Below are positions 30,636-39,884 of a stretch of DNA of 64,000 nucleotides, in pieces. This DNA comes from Candidatus Kapaibacterium sp. (GTDB taxonomy: Bacteria; Patescibacteriota; Patescibacteriia; UBA9934), in contig JBILHA010000002.1 of assembly GCA_044350705.1 (NCBI GenBank), forward strand, positions 114,295-178,294. The letters are read 5' to 3'. The translations under genes were made by a program, and so were the position numbers. The notes under the pieces were generated by a model, which was not told the DNA's origin, did not search any database, and saw nothing but the letters and a program-made list of their open reading frames with translations. Numbering within the stretch: position 1 is the stretch's first letter; each line of letters begins with the position of its first letter.

Positions 30636-30647
30636 TCTCAAGCCACT

Positions 30648-32108
30648 ATGGAGCTCGTTCCCGTTATTGGTTTAGAAACACATATTCAGCTCAAAACTGC
30701 TTCAAAGCTCTTCTGTCGATGCATCTCTGGAGCTGAGGATTCTGCGAATGCCCACACCTGCCCTATTTGTTTAGGCCACCCGGGCACACTCCCCCAACTC
30801 AATGCCGAGGCACTTCGTTTTTCCCTTTTATTGAGTCTTGCACTCCAGGGAACACTGGCCACTCATTCCAAATTTGATCGCAAACACTACCTCTATCCGG
30901 ATCTCCCCAAGGGCTATCAAATTTCTCAGTTTGATAAGCCAATCATGGAGAATGGAATGCTTTCACTTGAAGACGATCAAGGGACTCCTTTTTCTATTCG
31001 CATTGAACGCCTCCATCTTGAAGAAGATGCCGGAAAGAATATTCATGATCCCTCCGGAGTCACGTATGTCGACTTTTCCCGAGGAGGTACCCCTTTGTGT
31101 GAGATAGTCACCAAACCAGACTTTACGAGCGCTTCTCAAGCAAAACACTATTTGCAAGAGCTCCGGCTCATTGTGCGTACCCTTGGAGTATCTGATGGCG
31201 ACATGGAACGGGGACACCTCCGTTGTGACGTGAATATTTCTCTTCGCGAAAAACTTCCAGGAGGCTCTTTGGGCCCCCTCATGCCAAAGACCGAAGTAAA
31301 AAATATCAATTCTTTCCGCGCCGTTGAACGCGCCATTTTGTTTGAAATCGAGCGGCAAACTCAGCTTTGGAAAGCGGGAACTCCTCCCGAGATCACTACT
31401 ACCCGCAGCTGGAATGACGAAACCGGCGAAACCGATCTCCGCCGTGAAAAAGAATCTTCCGCTGACTACCGCTATTTCCCCGAGCCGGATATTCCTCCTC
31501 TTGAGCTTTCTGCGCACATCAACGCGCTCCAAGGCCTCTTACCTGAGCTTCCCCGTGAGAAGCGCCTGCGCTTTACCCGGGATCTCGGCATGAAGCCGCA
31601 GGATGCCGCAGCCCTTGTGGAGCGCATTGAACTTGCCCGCCTTGTTGACGCCACGCTTCCCTTTCTCGCAAATGCTCCAGTATCTCTTCAAGAAAAGCTT
31701 TCTTCCCTTCTTCCTTCCTGGACGCTAAGCAAGCTCCTGAGCATCCTTGATGAAGAAAAAATTTCCCTTGAACAAAGTAAACTTACCCCGGAACGATTCA
31801 CTCATCTTCTTATCGCCCTTGCAGAACAGCGCATTACCCCCGCAAAAGGCAAGGAAGTTCTTCACCGACTGGTGATCAGCGACGATACCTATGAGGCAGC
31901 GGTCCTTGCGGTTGGCGCAGGCGTCACTGATAGCGATACCTTGGAACGTACCATTGACGAAGTGCTCGGCGAGCACCCGCAAGAGCTTGAGCGCTATCGC
32001 GCCGGCGAAACGAAGCTTCTCGCCTTCTTCCTCGGTCAAGTCATGAAAAAGACCGGGGGAAATGCGAATGCCGCAGAAACCAAATCTCTCCTTCTTGGCA
32101 AACTTTAA
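30648..32108 (+). CDS. gatB: Asp/Glu-tRNA amidotransferase subunit B
   Basis: MELVPVIGLETHIQL…CPICLGHPGTLP… is the GatB N-terminus. A C-terminal GatB/YqeY domain is present. Confidence 0.9.
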   Translation: MELVPVIGLETHIQLKTASKLFCRCISGAEDSANAHTCPICLGHPGTLPQLNAEALRFSLLLSLALQGTLATHSKFDRKHYLYPDLPKGYQISQFDKPIMENGMLSLEDDQGTPFSIRIERLHLEEDAGKNIHDPSGVTYVDFSRGGTPLCEIVTKPDFTSASQAKHYLQELRLIVRTLGVSDGDMERGHLRCDVNISLREKLPGGSLGPLMPKTEVKNINSFRAVERAILFEIERQTQLWKAGTPPEITTTRSWNDETGETDLRREKESSADYRYFPEPDIPPLELSAHINALQGLLPELPREKRLRFTRDLGMKPQDAAALVERIELARLVDATLPFLANAPVSLQEKLSSLLPSWTLSKLLSILDEEKISLEQSKLTPERFTHLLIALAEQRITPAKGKEVLHRLVISDDTYEAAVLAVGAGVTDSDTLERTIDEVLGEHPQELERYRAGETKLLAFFLGQVMKKTGGNANAAETKSLLLGKL

Positions 32109-32110
32109 AA

Positions 32111-32145
32111 AACACCCGATGCACTAGTGCATCGGGTGTTTTTCT
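32111..32145. terminator. Bidirectional terminator between gatB and miaA
   Basis: Perfect palindrome ACACCCGATGCAC-tag-GTGCATCGGGTGT flanked by A5 and T5. The miaA stop codon lies in the loop. Confidence 0.65.
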
Positions 32146-33095
32146 TTTTGCCATGCGGCGACTTTTTCCAATGCCTCGCTCGTTGTTTTCACCCACTGAA
32201 TACGATCATCTCGCTGGAACCAGGTCATCTGCCGCTTCGCATACTGCCGCGTATCTTGCTTTATGCGTATCACCGCTTCTCTGAGCGGCATCTTTCCCTG
32301 CAAAAAAGCAACGATCTGTCGATAGCCGATTCCGGTCATTCCGGGTGCTTCGTCGCCATATTTTTCCCGCAAATGGCGTATTTCGTCTACGAGTCCTTCG
32401 GCAATCATCGCATCTACTCGTGCATCAATACGCTCGTAGAGTGCTTCTCGGGGAACATCGACTCCTAACATGCACACGCTATAAATCGGCTCTTCTCTTT
32501 TTTGCACCTCTGCAAGACGCCTCCCGGTTGCCCGGAGAATTTCTATTGCGCGCTCAAGACGTCTCCTATTCTTCGCATCGATGCGCTCAGCGGTATCCGG
32601 GTCACGTTCCGCAATTTCTTCAAGGAGCTCTTCATTGGACTTTATTGCGAGCTCAAGGCGCAGCGCAGGATCTGGTGGCACCTCCGCAAACGATGGGCGA
32701 TCAACTACCGCGGCCACATAAAGCCCCGTTCCCCCTACCAGGATAGGAAGATTTCCCCGCTCTTGGATCTCTTTTATTTTCTTGTCCGCATATCCTTGAT
32801 ACTCGGATGCAGTGAAAGGCTCTTCAGGCGTTCGCATATTCAAGCCCCAGTGGGGGACCCCCTGATGCATGAGCGGCTTTTCCCTAAACAACTGCGTCTT
32901 GAGATCGTCAGACCAATTCTCCCCCTCCTCCTTATCCTGCTCGGGTTTTGCAGTCCCAATATCCATTTCTTTGTAAATGGTTCGTGAATCTGCAGCAATA
33001 ATTTCACCCGAAAATGCCCGCGCGAGTGCAATGCTCATCGCGGTTTTTCCAGAGGCTGTTGGCCCAACAAGGGCTACGAGAGGAGAAAGCGGCAT
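32124..33095 (-). CDS. miaA: tRNA dimethylallyltransferase
   Basis: P-loop GPTASGKT followed by the MiaA core (…ADSRTIYKEMDIGTAKP…). Confidence 0.9.
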   Translation of the reverse strand: MPLSPLVALVGPTASGKTAMSIALARAFSGEIIAADSRTIYKEMDIGTAKPEQDKEEGENWSDDLKTQLFREKPLMHQGVPHWGLNMRTPEEPFTASEYQGYADKKIKEIQERGNLPILVGGTGLYVAAVVDRPSFAEVPPDPALRLELAIKSNEELLEEIAERDPDTAERIDAKNRRRLERAIEILRATGRRLAEVQKREEPIYSVCMLGVDVPREALYERIDARVDAMIAEGLVDEIRHLREKYGDEAPGMTGIGYRQIVAFLQGKMPLREAVIRIKQDTRQYAKRQMTWFQRDDRIQWVKTTSEALEKVAAWQKEKHPMH

Positions 33096-33163
33096 ATGTG
33101 GACTCTCCCTATTTTACACGCTTTTGTGGTCTATAATAAATTCCAAATTCATTTCTTTTTTCT

Positions 33164-35179
33164 ATGGTAGAAATTCCTCGCATTCCCCATCCTAAAGCTC
33201 TCAAAGTAGAGCTTACACCTTCCATTCCCCCTGTTCCTGGTCTCAATGACCCTACTGATGCTCCTGATCCTGGAAACCCCGAACTTCTTGCACGCCTGAG
33301 AAAAGGTCAGGAGGCCGAGGCGCGAAGAAGAGCCGCTGAAGGTCCGGACGACATTGCTCCGGAGGATATGGAGGAAATTTCCGGAGATCCCGAAGAAGCT
33401 CTTGAAGAAATTCCCCCCGAAAATATTGAGCCTCTCGAAGATGAGCCGATTCTTTCCGAAACGAAGGAGACGTGGGGAGCAAAAGAAACGTATGAATCTC
33501 TGAAAGATGCAGAGAATGTTTTTGCCGAAAATCTCCGCGAAGCTCATGCGGCGGAAATGAAGGCGGCGAAGCTCATGAGCAAAGCTGCGCGCACCCTCGG
33601 AGACACCATGCAAGGTGCACGAGATCTCTTCATTGAAACACCTCGCTCACTTCTCAACTTCCTCGTCGAGGAAGGCAATGATTTTGCTCATGATCTTTCC
33701 GATACCGTTCTGGGAACTCAGGCTACCGATAAACTCAAAGGCTTCTGGGGAAATATTTTTGGCAAAAAGAATGCAGCGATTCGTGGTGAAGCTGAACAGC
33801 ACAAAGGCGTACGTGAAATACCTAGCATTGCAAAAGCGAGTTTTAAAGATTTTCCACAAGCGCTCTGGAAGAGTGTTTCCGAGATGCCTGGAACAATGGC
33901 ACAAGCATTAGATAACTGGGCCGGACCTGATGCGGTTGCCGCATACGATCAGCTTGGCCTAGATATCGAGGAAAAGGCATACGAAGACCGCAATAAAGTC
34001 TTTGCAGGAATCGAGCAGGAAGAAAAAGCTCTTCGTTCACAAGGATTAAGCGAGGGCGATCTTCAGGCAGCACTTGAACGCCTTCAAGATAAAAAGGACA
34101 TGGCAGATGCAGACTACGAAGATCAGGTAACAAGGGCCGCTGATCTCTCTCCGAGCGTTGCCGCAACGCGTGGAAAAACGAAGGCTGGACGCGCAGTATC
34201 CAAGGCAATCGCCGTCACTGGTATGGCTGCAAAGGGTGCTGCCTGGTGGGCGCTTCGAGGCATTCCCAAGGTACTCATGGTATTCCCGAAGCCTGCTGCA
34301 GATTATCTTGCCATGGATGGACTGGTGAGTGAAATGGCGGGTGATTTAGCAAAAGGTATCCGTCAGGAACGCAGAAAAAGGTACGAGGAAAAGAATCCCG
34401 GCGTTCCGCTCTCTCGCGATGTCTCGGCGACCTGGAAGCCAAGCGAACAAGCTATGGGCGTTATGGAAGGATTGGGTGATTGGATTGCGAGCAAGGCAGA
34501 GCGTTTGCGCGAAGCTCGAGACGAGCATACAGATACGCTTCGTGGCGAGGCGAAACTTGCCGCGCAGCGCGAGGCAAACATCTATCAAGATGCCATCTCA
34601 AAGCGTATTGAATCCCTCACAGAGAAAACAAAACTTTCCAACGAGGATCGAGGTGAAATCGCTTACCTCATGGCAAAACTCGCTCGTGTCCGCCAGGGAC
34701 TTGCGGGTGCAGAGGAACTTGAAGCTGCCCATAAGCGTGCTGAAGCTCTTGCTCAGCAAGCGGAGGATGACATGAAAATGCTCATGGGCTACCTCGCGGG
34801 AAAAACGATCAACACCCTTCGCAGTCTTGATATCATGAAGGGCCGCGATGGAAAACAGATTATTGAAGCACTTCAAACTGATCCTAGCCCAGAAAACATT
34901 CGTACCGCCGAAGCGCTTGTGCACATGCACATTTATCATGAACTTGAAGCCGCAAGTCAGAACCTCCTCTCTCCTGAGCAGATTACGCAACTTCAGGATG
35001 CACATACGGTTCTCCGTGAAAATGCACAGCGCGCCACTGATGCTTATAAAGACAGTCTTGCAATCATTAGTGCTGATATCGTAAAGCAACTCAAGGCAGC
35101 GAACGTTGACATCAAGAAGGCTGCCGTACAAGCCGAAGCAGCACATGAAGAAGAGCAATTTGCTCAAGCTGCAAAATAA
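33164..35179 (+). CDS. Large acidic alpha-helical hypothetical protein (671 aa), with no TM helix or signal peptide
   Basis: Long uninterrupted ORF with a Pro/Glu/Asp-rich N-terminus and extended predicted coiled-coil. No catalytic motifs recognised. Confidence 0.5.
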   Translation: MVEIPRIPHPKALKVELTPSIPPVPGLNDPTDAPDPGNPELLARLRKGQEAEARRRAAEGPDDIAPEDMEEISGDPEEALEEIPPENIEPLEDEPILSETKETWGAKETYESLKDAENVFAENLREAHAAEMKAAKLMSKAARTLGDTMQGARDLFIETPRSLLNFLVEEGNDFAHDLSDTVLGTQATDKLKGFWGNIFGKKNAAIRGEAEQHKGVREIPSIAKASFKDFPQALWKSVSEMPGTMAQALDNWAGPDAVAAYDQLGLDIEEKAYEDRNKVFAGIEQEEKALRSQGLSEGDLQAALERLQDKKDMADADYEDQVTRAADLSPSVAATRGKTKAGRAVSKAIAVTGMAAKGAAWWALRGIPKVLMVFPKPAADYLAMDGLVSEMAGDLAKGIRQERRKRYEEKNPGVPLSRDVSATWKPSEQAMGVMEGLGDWIASKAERLREARDEHTDTLRGEAKLAAQREANIYQDAISKRIESLTEKTKLSNEDRGEIAYLMAKLARVRQGLAGAEELEAAHKRAEALAQQAEDDMKMLMGYLAGKTINTLRSLDIMKGRDGKQIIEALQTDPSPENIRTAEALVHMHIYHELEAASQNLLSPEQITQLQDAHTVLRENAQRATDAYKDSLAIISADIVKQLKAANVDIKKAAVQAEAAHEEEQFAQAAK

Positions 35180-35267
35180 GAACATCCTCTCTGCCATGCA
35201 GAGAGGATTTCTTTTTGTGGATATGTTGCTATATTTTTCTTCCAGAAGCTTTATACATACTCTTACT

Positions 35268-35567
35268 ATGTCTTCTTTTTTCAGCCGCTTCTTTCAAGGG
35301 GATTCGGATACCGAAAAACCTCTTGAGTCACTTTGGACGCGCCTTCAGCGGCATCATAAGCGCATGAGCGGTTATGAGGAACCAGAAGAGGAGGTTACCC
35401 TAGAAGAGCAGGTCGTTCCTGCTCCCCTTCAAGAGGCTGATGATATTACTGATGATCTCTATGAAGAAACCACCGACCCCTTTGCTGCTCCTGGCTTTGA
35501 TACCGATGAAATTATCAATTCTGATTTCGAGCGCAAAGGTCCACACCAGGTTATAAACATGGACTAG
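35268..35567 (+). CDS. Small acidic hypothetical protein (99 aa)
   Basis: Starts MSSFFSRFFQGDSD…, has a very acidic C-terminal half, and is co-directional with and immediately downstream of the 671-aa gene. Confidence 0.4.
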   Translation: MSSFFSRFFQGDSDTEKPLESLWTRLQRHHKRMSGYEEPEEEVTLEEQVVPAPLQEADDITDDLYEETTDPFAAPGFDTDEIINSDFERKGPHQVINMD

Positions 35568-35574
35568 AGCGAAT

Positions 35575-35606
35575 ATAAAAACTCCCAGAATGCCTGGGAG
35601 TTTTTA
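35575..35606. terminator. Bidirectional terminator between the acidic-protein genes and thrS
   Basis: AAAAACTCCCAG-aatgc-CTGGGAGTTTTT. Confidence 0.65.
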
Positions 35607-35608
35607 TA

Positions 35609-37348
35609 TTACATGGGGATACGCGCTTGTTCTTGCGCTTTTGTTATAAGCTCTTGGCGTGCAATGACCAACTGCTCTTCGCTTCCAAAGACCTTTACCA
35701 TTACGTCTCCCCCTTCTGCTTCTTTTGCACCTACAACGATTGTCCAAGGTACTTTTTGAGATGCCGCCTCTCGAACTTTTTTCCCAACTTTTTCGGCGCT
35801 GTCATCTACTTTTACTCGAATACCTACCGTTTTCAATTCTTGTGCTATTTGCTTTGCTGCAGGAATGTAGTCATCGGAAACCGATGCAATGCGCACCTGC
35901 TCTGGTGCGAGCCAGAATGGAAATACTCCTGCAAGGTGCTCAATGATTACCGACGAGAATCGCTCGATAGATCCCATGATTGCGCAGTGAATCATGAGAA
36001 TGCCTTCTTTCTCGCCTTTTTCATTTACACAGGTAAGGCCGAAGTTTTTTGGCTGGTTGAAGTCGAGCTGAATAGTTGCCACTTGGTGCATACGACCGAT
36101 AGAATCCTTGGCCATGAAGTCGATTTTTGGCCCGTAGAATGCCGCTTCGCCTACGCCATCTGTCCACTCAACCCCCTTTTCATTAAGAATATCGCGCAGT
36201 GCACCTTCCGCCTTCTCCCAGTCTTCTTCAGCACCAAGATACTTTTCTGCTTTTTCGGGATCACGGCGAGAAAGACGTGGCTTGAGTGAGAAGCCGAAAG
36301 CTCCATAAAACTTCTGAATAATATTCCACACGATTTCTGCCTCTTCGCGAACTTGTGAAACGCGGCAGAATACGTGCGCATCATCTTGCGTAATAGAAAG
36401 TACGCGAGAAAGGCCTGAGAGCTCACCAGACTGTTCATCGCGGTAGACCATGGTCGTCTCTGCGTATCGCACGGGGAGATCGCGGTATGAGCGCTGTTCG
36501 CTTGCGTAAATTTGCGTGTGGTGCGGGCAGTTCATGGGCTTCATTGCGAAAACATGCCCTTCGCGTGTTTCAATTTTAAAGAGATCTTCTGCGTATTTCG
36601 CCCAGTGCCCCGAAGTTTCGTAGAGATCTTTTTTGGTAATGTGTGGAATTGCAACTCGTTCGTATCCGTATTGCTTTCGCAAATCCCACACAAATTGATT
36701 TAATACTTCGCGAATAACGGTACCTTTTGGTGTCCAGAGCGGGAGACCTGGACCCACAAGATCGGAGAATACAAAAAGTCCGAGCTCTTTTCCGAGCTTG
36801 CGGTGATCACGCTTTTTCGCTTCTTCAAGCATTGCAAGATGCGCATCACGTTCTGCTTTTGTCGTAAATGCAATACCGTAAATTCGCGTCAGCTGATCAT
36901 TCTTTTCATCACCGCGCCAGTATGCACCCGCAACCTTGGTCAACGTAAAGCATTCTGGATCGAGATCGGCAAGACCCTCTGCGTGCCCTCCACGGCACAG
37001 ATCGGTAAAAGCGCCCGACGTGTAGAGCGTGAGGCCCTGCCCTTCTCCTCCAAATTCTTCGATGAGTTCAAGTTTGTACTTGTTATCCGCGAATGCTTCG
37101 CGAGCTTCATGTACGCTCACTTCCTTTCTTGAGAATTCCTTCCATGTCTTCATGATTTCTCGCATTTTCTTTTCGATTGCAGGAAGATCTTCTTCTGAAA
37201 ATGGCTGTGAGAATTTGAAATCGTAATAGAAACCGTCATCGATTGCCGGACCAATGGTACGCTTTGCATCAGGATAGATTTCGAGCACTGCTGCAGCAAG
37301 AAGATGTGCGAGCGAGTGGCGGAGATGTTGGAGTTCTTCAGGATTCAT
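35609..37348 (-). CDS. thrS: Threonine--tRNA ligase, short form lacking the N-terminal TGS domain
   Basis: Starts at the editing domain (…HLRHSLAHLLA…), followed by the class II catalytic core and anticodon-binding domain. 579 aa. Confidence 0.9.
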   Translation of the reverse strand: MNPEELQHLRHSLAHLLAAAVLEIYPDAKRTIGPAIDDGFYYDFKFSQPFSEEDLPAIEKKMREIMKTWKEFSRKEVSVHEAREAFADNKYKLELIEEFGGEGQGLTLYTSGAFTDLCRGGHAEGLADLDPECFTLTKVAGAYWRGDEKNDQLTRIYGIAFTTKAERDAHLAMLEEAKKRDHRKLGKELGLFVFSDLVGPGLPLWTPKGTVIREVLNQFVWDLRKQYGYERVAIPHITKKDLYETSGHWAKYAEDLFKIETREGHVFAMKPMNCPHHTQIYASEQRSYRDLPVRYAETTMVYRDEQSGELSGLSRVLSITQDDAHVFCRVSQVREEAEIVWNIIQKFYGAFGFSLKPRLSRRDPEKAEKYLGAEEDWEKAEGALRDILNEKGVEWTDGVGEAAFYGPKIDFMAKDSIGRMHQVATIQLDFNQPKNFGLTCVNEKGEKEGILMIHCAIMGSIERFSSVIIEHLAGVFPFWLAPEQVRIASVSDDYIPAAKQIAQELKTVGIRVKVDDSAEKVGKKVREAASQKVPWTIVVGAKEAEGGDVMVKVFGSEEQLVIARQELITKAQEQARIPM

Positions 37349-37354
37349 ATAAGG

Positions 37355-37787
37355 GTTAGGTGGTTAAGTGGTGAATATGGTTAAGGTGGTTATGTAATGT
37401 TCTCAATTTTTTTTCGTAATCCTACAAGGGTGAAGTAAATAGTTTTTTGTAACTTTTCGATTTCTTCCATTTCTTCACTCGATACGTAACCAAGATTTAT
37501 TCCTATCTTCATAGCCGCATCAGTTTCTACTAATGAACCTATGCTTATTTTAATAAATCTTGCGTACTCTTTTGAACTTCTTCGCGCACTTCCCTCTGCG
37601 ATATTTAAGAGAATTGACGTTGCAGATCTTCTTACCTGAGAAGCAAGACCATACTTTTCTTCTGATGGAAACTTTTTTGTCACTTTGTATATTTCAGAGA
37701 TAAACGCATGAATCTCTTTTACGATTAAGAGATTTTCATAATGAAATTTCATACATTTAACCATTTAACCATCTTAACCTTATAAAC
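37355..37787. repeat. AT-rich cassette bounded by imperfect inverted repeats (GGTTAAG-R-TGGTTA-type arms) that encloses the four-helix-bundle gene
   Basis: Left arm …ATGGTTAAGGTGGTTATGTAATG… (37378-37400). Right arm CATACATTTAACCATTTAACCATCTTAACC (37750-37779). The reverse complement of the right arm reads AGGTTAAGATGGTTAAATGGTTAAATGTATG. GC content drops sharply inside. Confidence 0.5.
37390..37752 (-). CDS. Four-helix-bundle protein (TIGR02436-like, 23S rRNA intervening-sequence protein family)
   Basis: …LASQVRRSATSILLNIAEGSARRSSKEYARFIKISIGSLVETDAAMKIGINLGY… is the typical family signature. Confidence 0.7.
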   Translation of the reverse strand: MKFHYENLLIVKEIHAFISEIYKVTKKFPSEEKYGLASQVRRSATSILLNIAEGSARRSSKEYARFIKISIGSLVETDAAMKIGINLGYVSSEEMEEIEKLQKTIYFTLVGLRKKIENIT

Positions 37788-38047
37788 AAAAAACCCAATG
37801 CGCCACGATGGTGACTACATTGGGCTCCGGGCACTGGTCCGGAGGGTTCCACCCAACTTCCCATGAGAAGTAAAAGCACTTCTTTTTGGGCACTTTTCTT
37901 TCTTTTTCTTCACGCTCGTGGGGCGGTACTCCCAGTCAGCGCTATGAATTGGTTTTAGCATACAAGAGCCTTTTTTATTGTGCAAGATATCCTTTCTTTT
38001 TTCTCATATCTCTTCTATATTCCTCTCGTTTACTCTTTTCTTTTTCT

Positions 38048-38641
38048 ATGAAACATCTTTCGTTTCTTCTTGTAGCGCTTGTCTTTGTTGGCGCCGGATG
38101 CACCTCTTCAGCAGAACCTAGCGCTATGGAGCAAGATACCGCTCCTGTTGCCCAGGATACGCCATCCTCTTCCATTCCTGCTGATTGGAAAAAGGAAACT
38201 TCCCTTACCGGCATCACCTTCGCCTACCCCCAAGATATGAAATTTACTCTTGGTGGCAGTACTCCTACCGGCTCGTATAGCCAAGTTGACAAGGGCTACC
38301 AAATGATTGTTGGCATTAAAAATCACGCACTCAAAATGTGCTCCACCGGAATTTCTTCCTGTGCTCCAAACGATCTCTCACCCGCAACTCCTGATGAGGT
38401 ATATGCGCAGATTCTTAAGGAGTATTCCGAAGGGGAAAACTACGTCGCCCAGGGGGAAGTCACTCTTGGCAACACCACTGCGCAGTCATTCTTGTTCTCC
38501 TATGAAAAAGGCGGCGTTCAACAAACACTTCTTCTCTTCAAAGGAAAAGAAGGCGTCTACACGCTCAATCGCTACCTCAACAATCCTCAAAACGATACTG
38601 TTTTCTCCGAAATTCTTTCAACCTTTTCAGTTGAACTCTAG
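38048..38641 (+). CDS. Probable lipoprotein
   Basis: MKHLSFLLVALVFVGAGC has a signal peptide with lipobox-like VGAGC. The rest is a Ser/Thr-rich, beta-rich mature domain. Confidence 0.55.
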   Translation: MKHLSFLLVALVFVGAGCTSSAEPSAMEQDTAPVAQDTPSSSIPADWKKETSLTGITFAYPQDMKFTLGGSTPTGSYSQVDKGYQMIVGIKNHALKMCSTGISSCAPNDLSPATPDEVYAQILKEYSEGENYVAQGEVTLGNTTAQSFLFSYEKGGVQQTLLLFKGKEGVYTLNRYLNNPQNDTVFSEILSTFSVEL

Positions 38642-38659
38642 TGTTTCATCTTCATCAAT

Positions 38660-38690
38660 CAAAAACACCCGTTACGGGGTGTTTTTGATT
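38660..38690. terminator. Bidirectional terminator between the lipoprotein gene and the 38672 gene
   Basis: AAAAACACCC-gttac-GGGGTGTTTTTG. Confidence 0.6.
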
Positions 38691-39856
38691 TCATCTTCTT
38701 CGGCGACTTTGATGTTTATTTCAATGTGGTCTTTCAGTGTTGGGATGCGCTGGAGCCAGAAAGGAGTGAACGTGATGGAAACATCTGAAATCGCGTCCGA
38801 TGCACGAAGGAGGGTGAAAACCTCATTTGGCGCACGACCAAGGAAGCGATCTTTGGAAAGCGTGGGGGCATCACCCGAAATTACCGCCGTGCCATCAAGG
38901 TATACGGAGAGCTCTGCTTCGCCCGTTGTATAATCCGCAGATTCTACGGTGGTTTGTACACCTTGCTCGTTCACGCTATGGAGAATGAATCCTTCGGGAA
39001 CGCGCTTTTGCAGCAATGATCGTGCGTAGGAAGAAACGAGCGCGCTATCGTAGTAGACGCCTGTTACTCGCGCGGATATCGTGAGAGAAAATGTTCCGGT
39101 TTCCGTTCCCACAGGCACATCCGTGGTCACTGCCGTTTCTTCTACGTCATACGTTCCCTGTGCCGCGAGAGCGGAGTCGAGCCCGGCAGAAAGGGTGAGC
39201 TTTGCTTCGTTGAGGATATCGGTCAGGAGTGCGGTTTTCGCGTCAGCCACATCTGCCTCCGTCAGCGTTCTCACGTATTGCACCCCTCCGGTTATTGCAT
39301 CTGCAGAAGTGCCGTAGATTTTATCTTGCAGCGATGGGGCGAGGCCAGGAATGGTAAAGGTAGTTGGGCCGATGTCTCCCGATGATCCCGATTGGTCTGC
39401 CGTAATACGTGCACTCACCTGTCCATTTGCGGGAACCGTGATTCCCGCGTCAAGGCGGAAGAGCACCCCATTTTCTGCGAGGAAACGTGTGGTTGCGACG
39501 AGGGGCTGTGCAGATCCTGTGTTATTTATGATCGTGATCATGCCCGATGCCTTCGCCTCTACGGCTCGCGCCCCTTCTTGAGGGAGCGCAAAAATGCGTG
39601 CTTTTGTTACCGTCGTTTGCCCTACTGATCCTGCAATTTCCCCTTCCGCCCTCGGCTCTTTTACCACGGAAAGAGAGGCGTTCGTGGCAACGACAGCGGG
39701 CTTTGCCACGACGCGTATCGTCGCTCGTGATACCGAAAGATACACGACCGCAAGCAGCATGAGAAAGGTTATTCCTACAAATCCCAATGCGATGCGTTGA
39801 TATACGCGCAAAGAACGCGATAGAGGTCTATGAAGCGAGGGAGAAGTATGTGCCAT
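38672..39856 (-). CDS. Hypothetical membrane-anchored extracytoplasmic protein
   Basis: N-terminal TM helix (…GFVGITFLMLLAVVYL…), then ~350 aa rich in Thr/Ala/Gly/Val. Immediately downstream of dnaE in the same orientation. Confidence 0.45.
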   Translation of the reverse strand: MAHTSPSLHRPLSRSLRVYQRIALGFVGITFLMLLAVVYLSVSRATIRVVAKPAVVATNASLSVVKEPRAEGEIAGSVGQTTVTKARIFALPQEGARAVEAKASGMITIINNTGSAQPLVATTRFLAENGVLFRLDAGITVPANGQVSARITADQSGSSGDIGPTTFTIPGLAPSLQDKIYGTSADAITGGVQYVRTLTEADVADAKTALLTDILNEAKLTLSAGLDSALAAQGTYDVEETAVTTDVPVGTETGTFSLTISARVTGVYYDSALVSSYARSLLQKRVPEGFILHSVNEQGVQTTVESADYTTGEAELSVYLDGTAVISGDAPTLSKDRFLGRAPNEVFTLLRASDAISDVSITFTPFWLQRIPTLKDHIEINIKVAEEDEIKNTP

Positions 39857-39884
39857 ACGGATCTTTCCCTCAGTATAACATCCC

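Noticed and set aside
35609-37348. ThrRS lacking the N-terminal TGS domain as unusual
   Set aside because: Short ThrRS forms that start at the editing domain occur in several lineages. It is noted in the feature but not treated as a finding.
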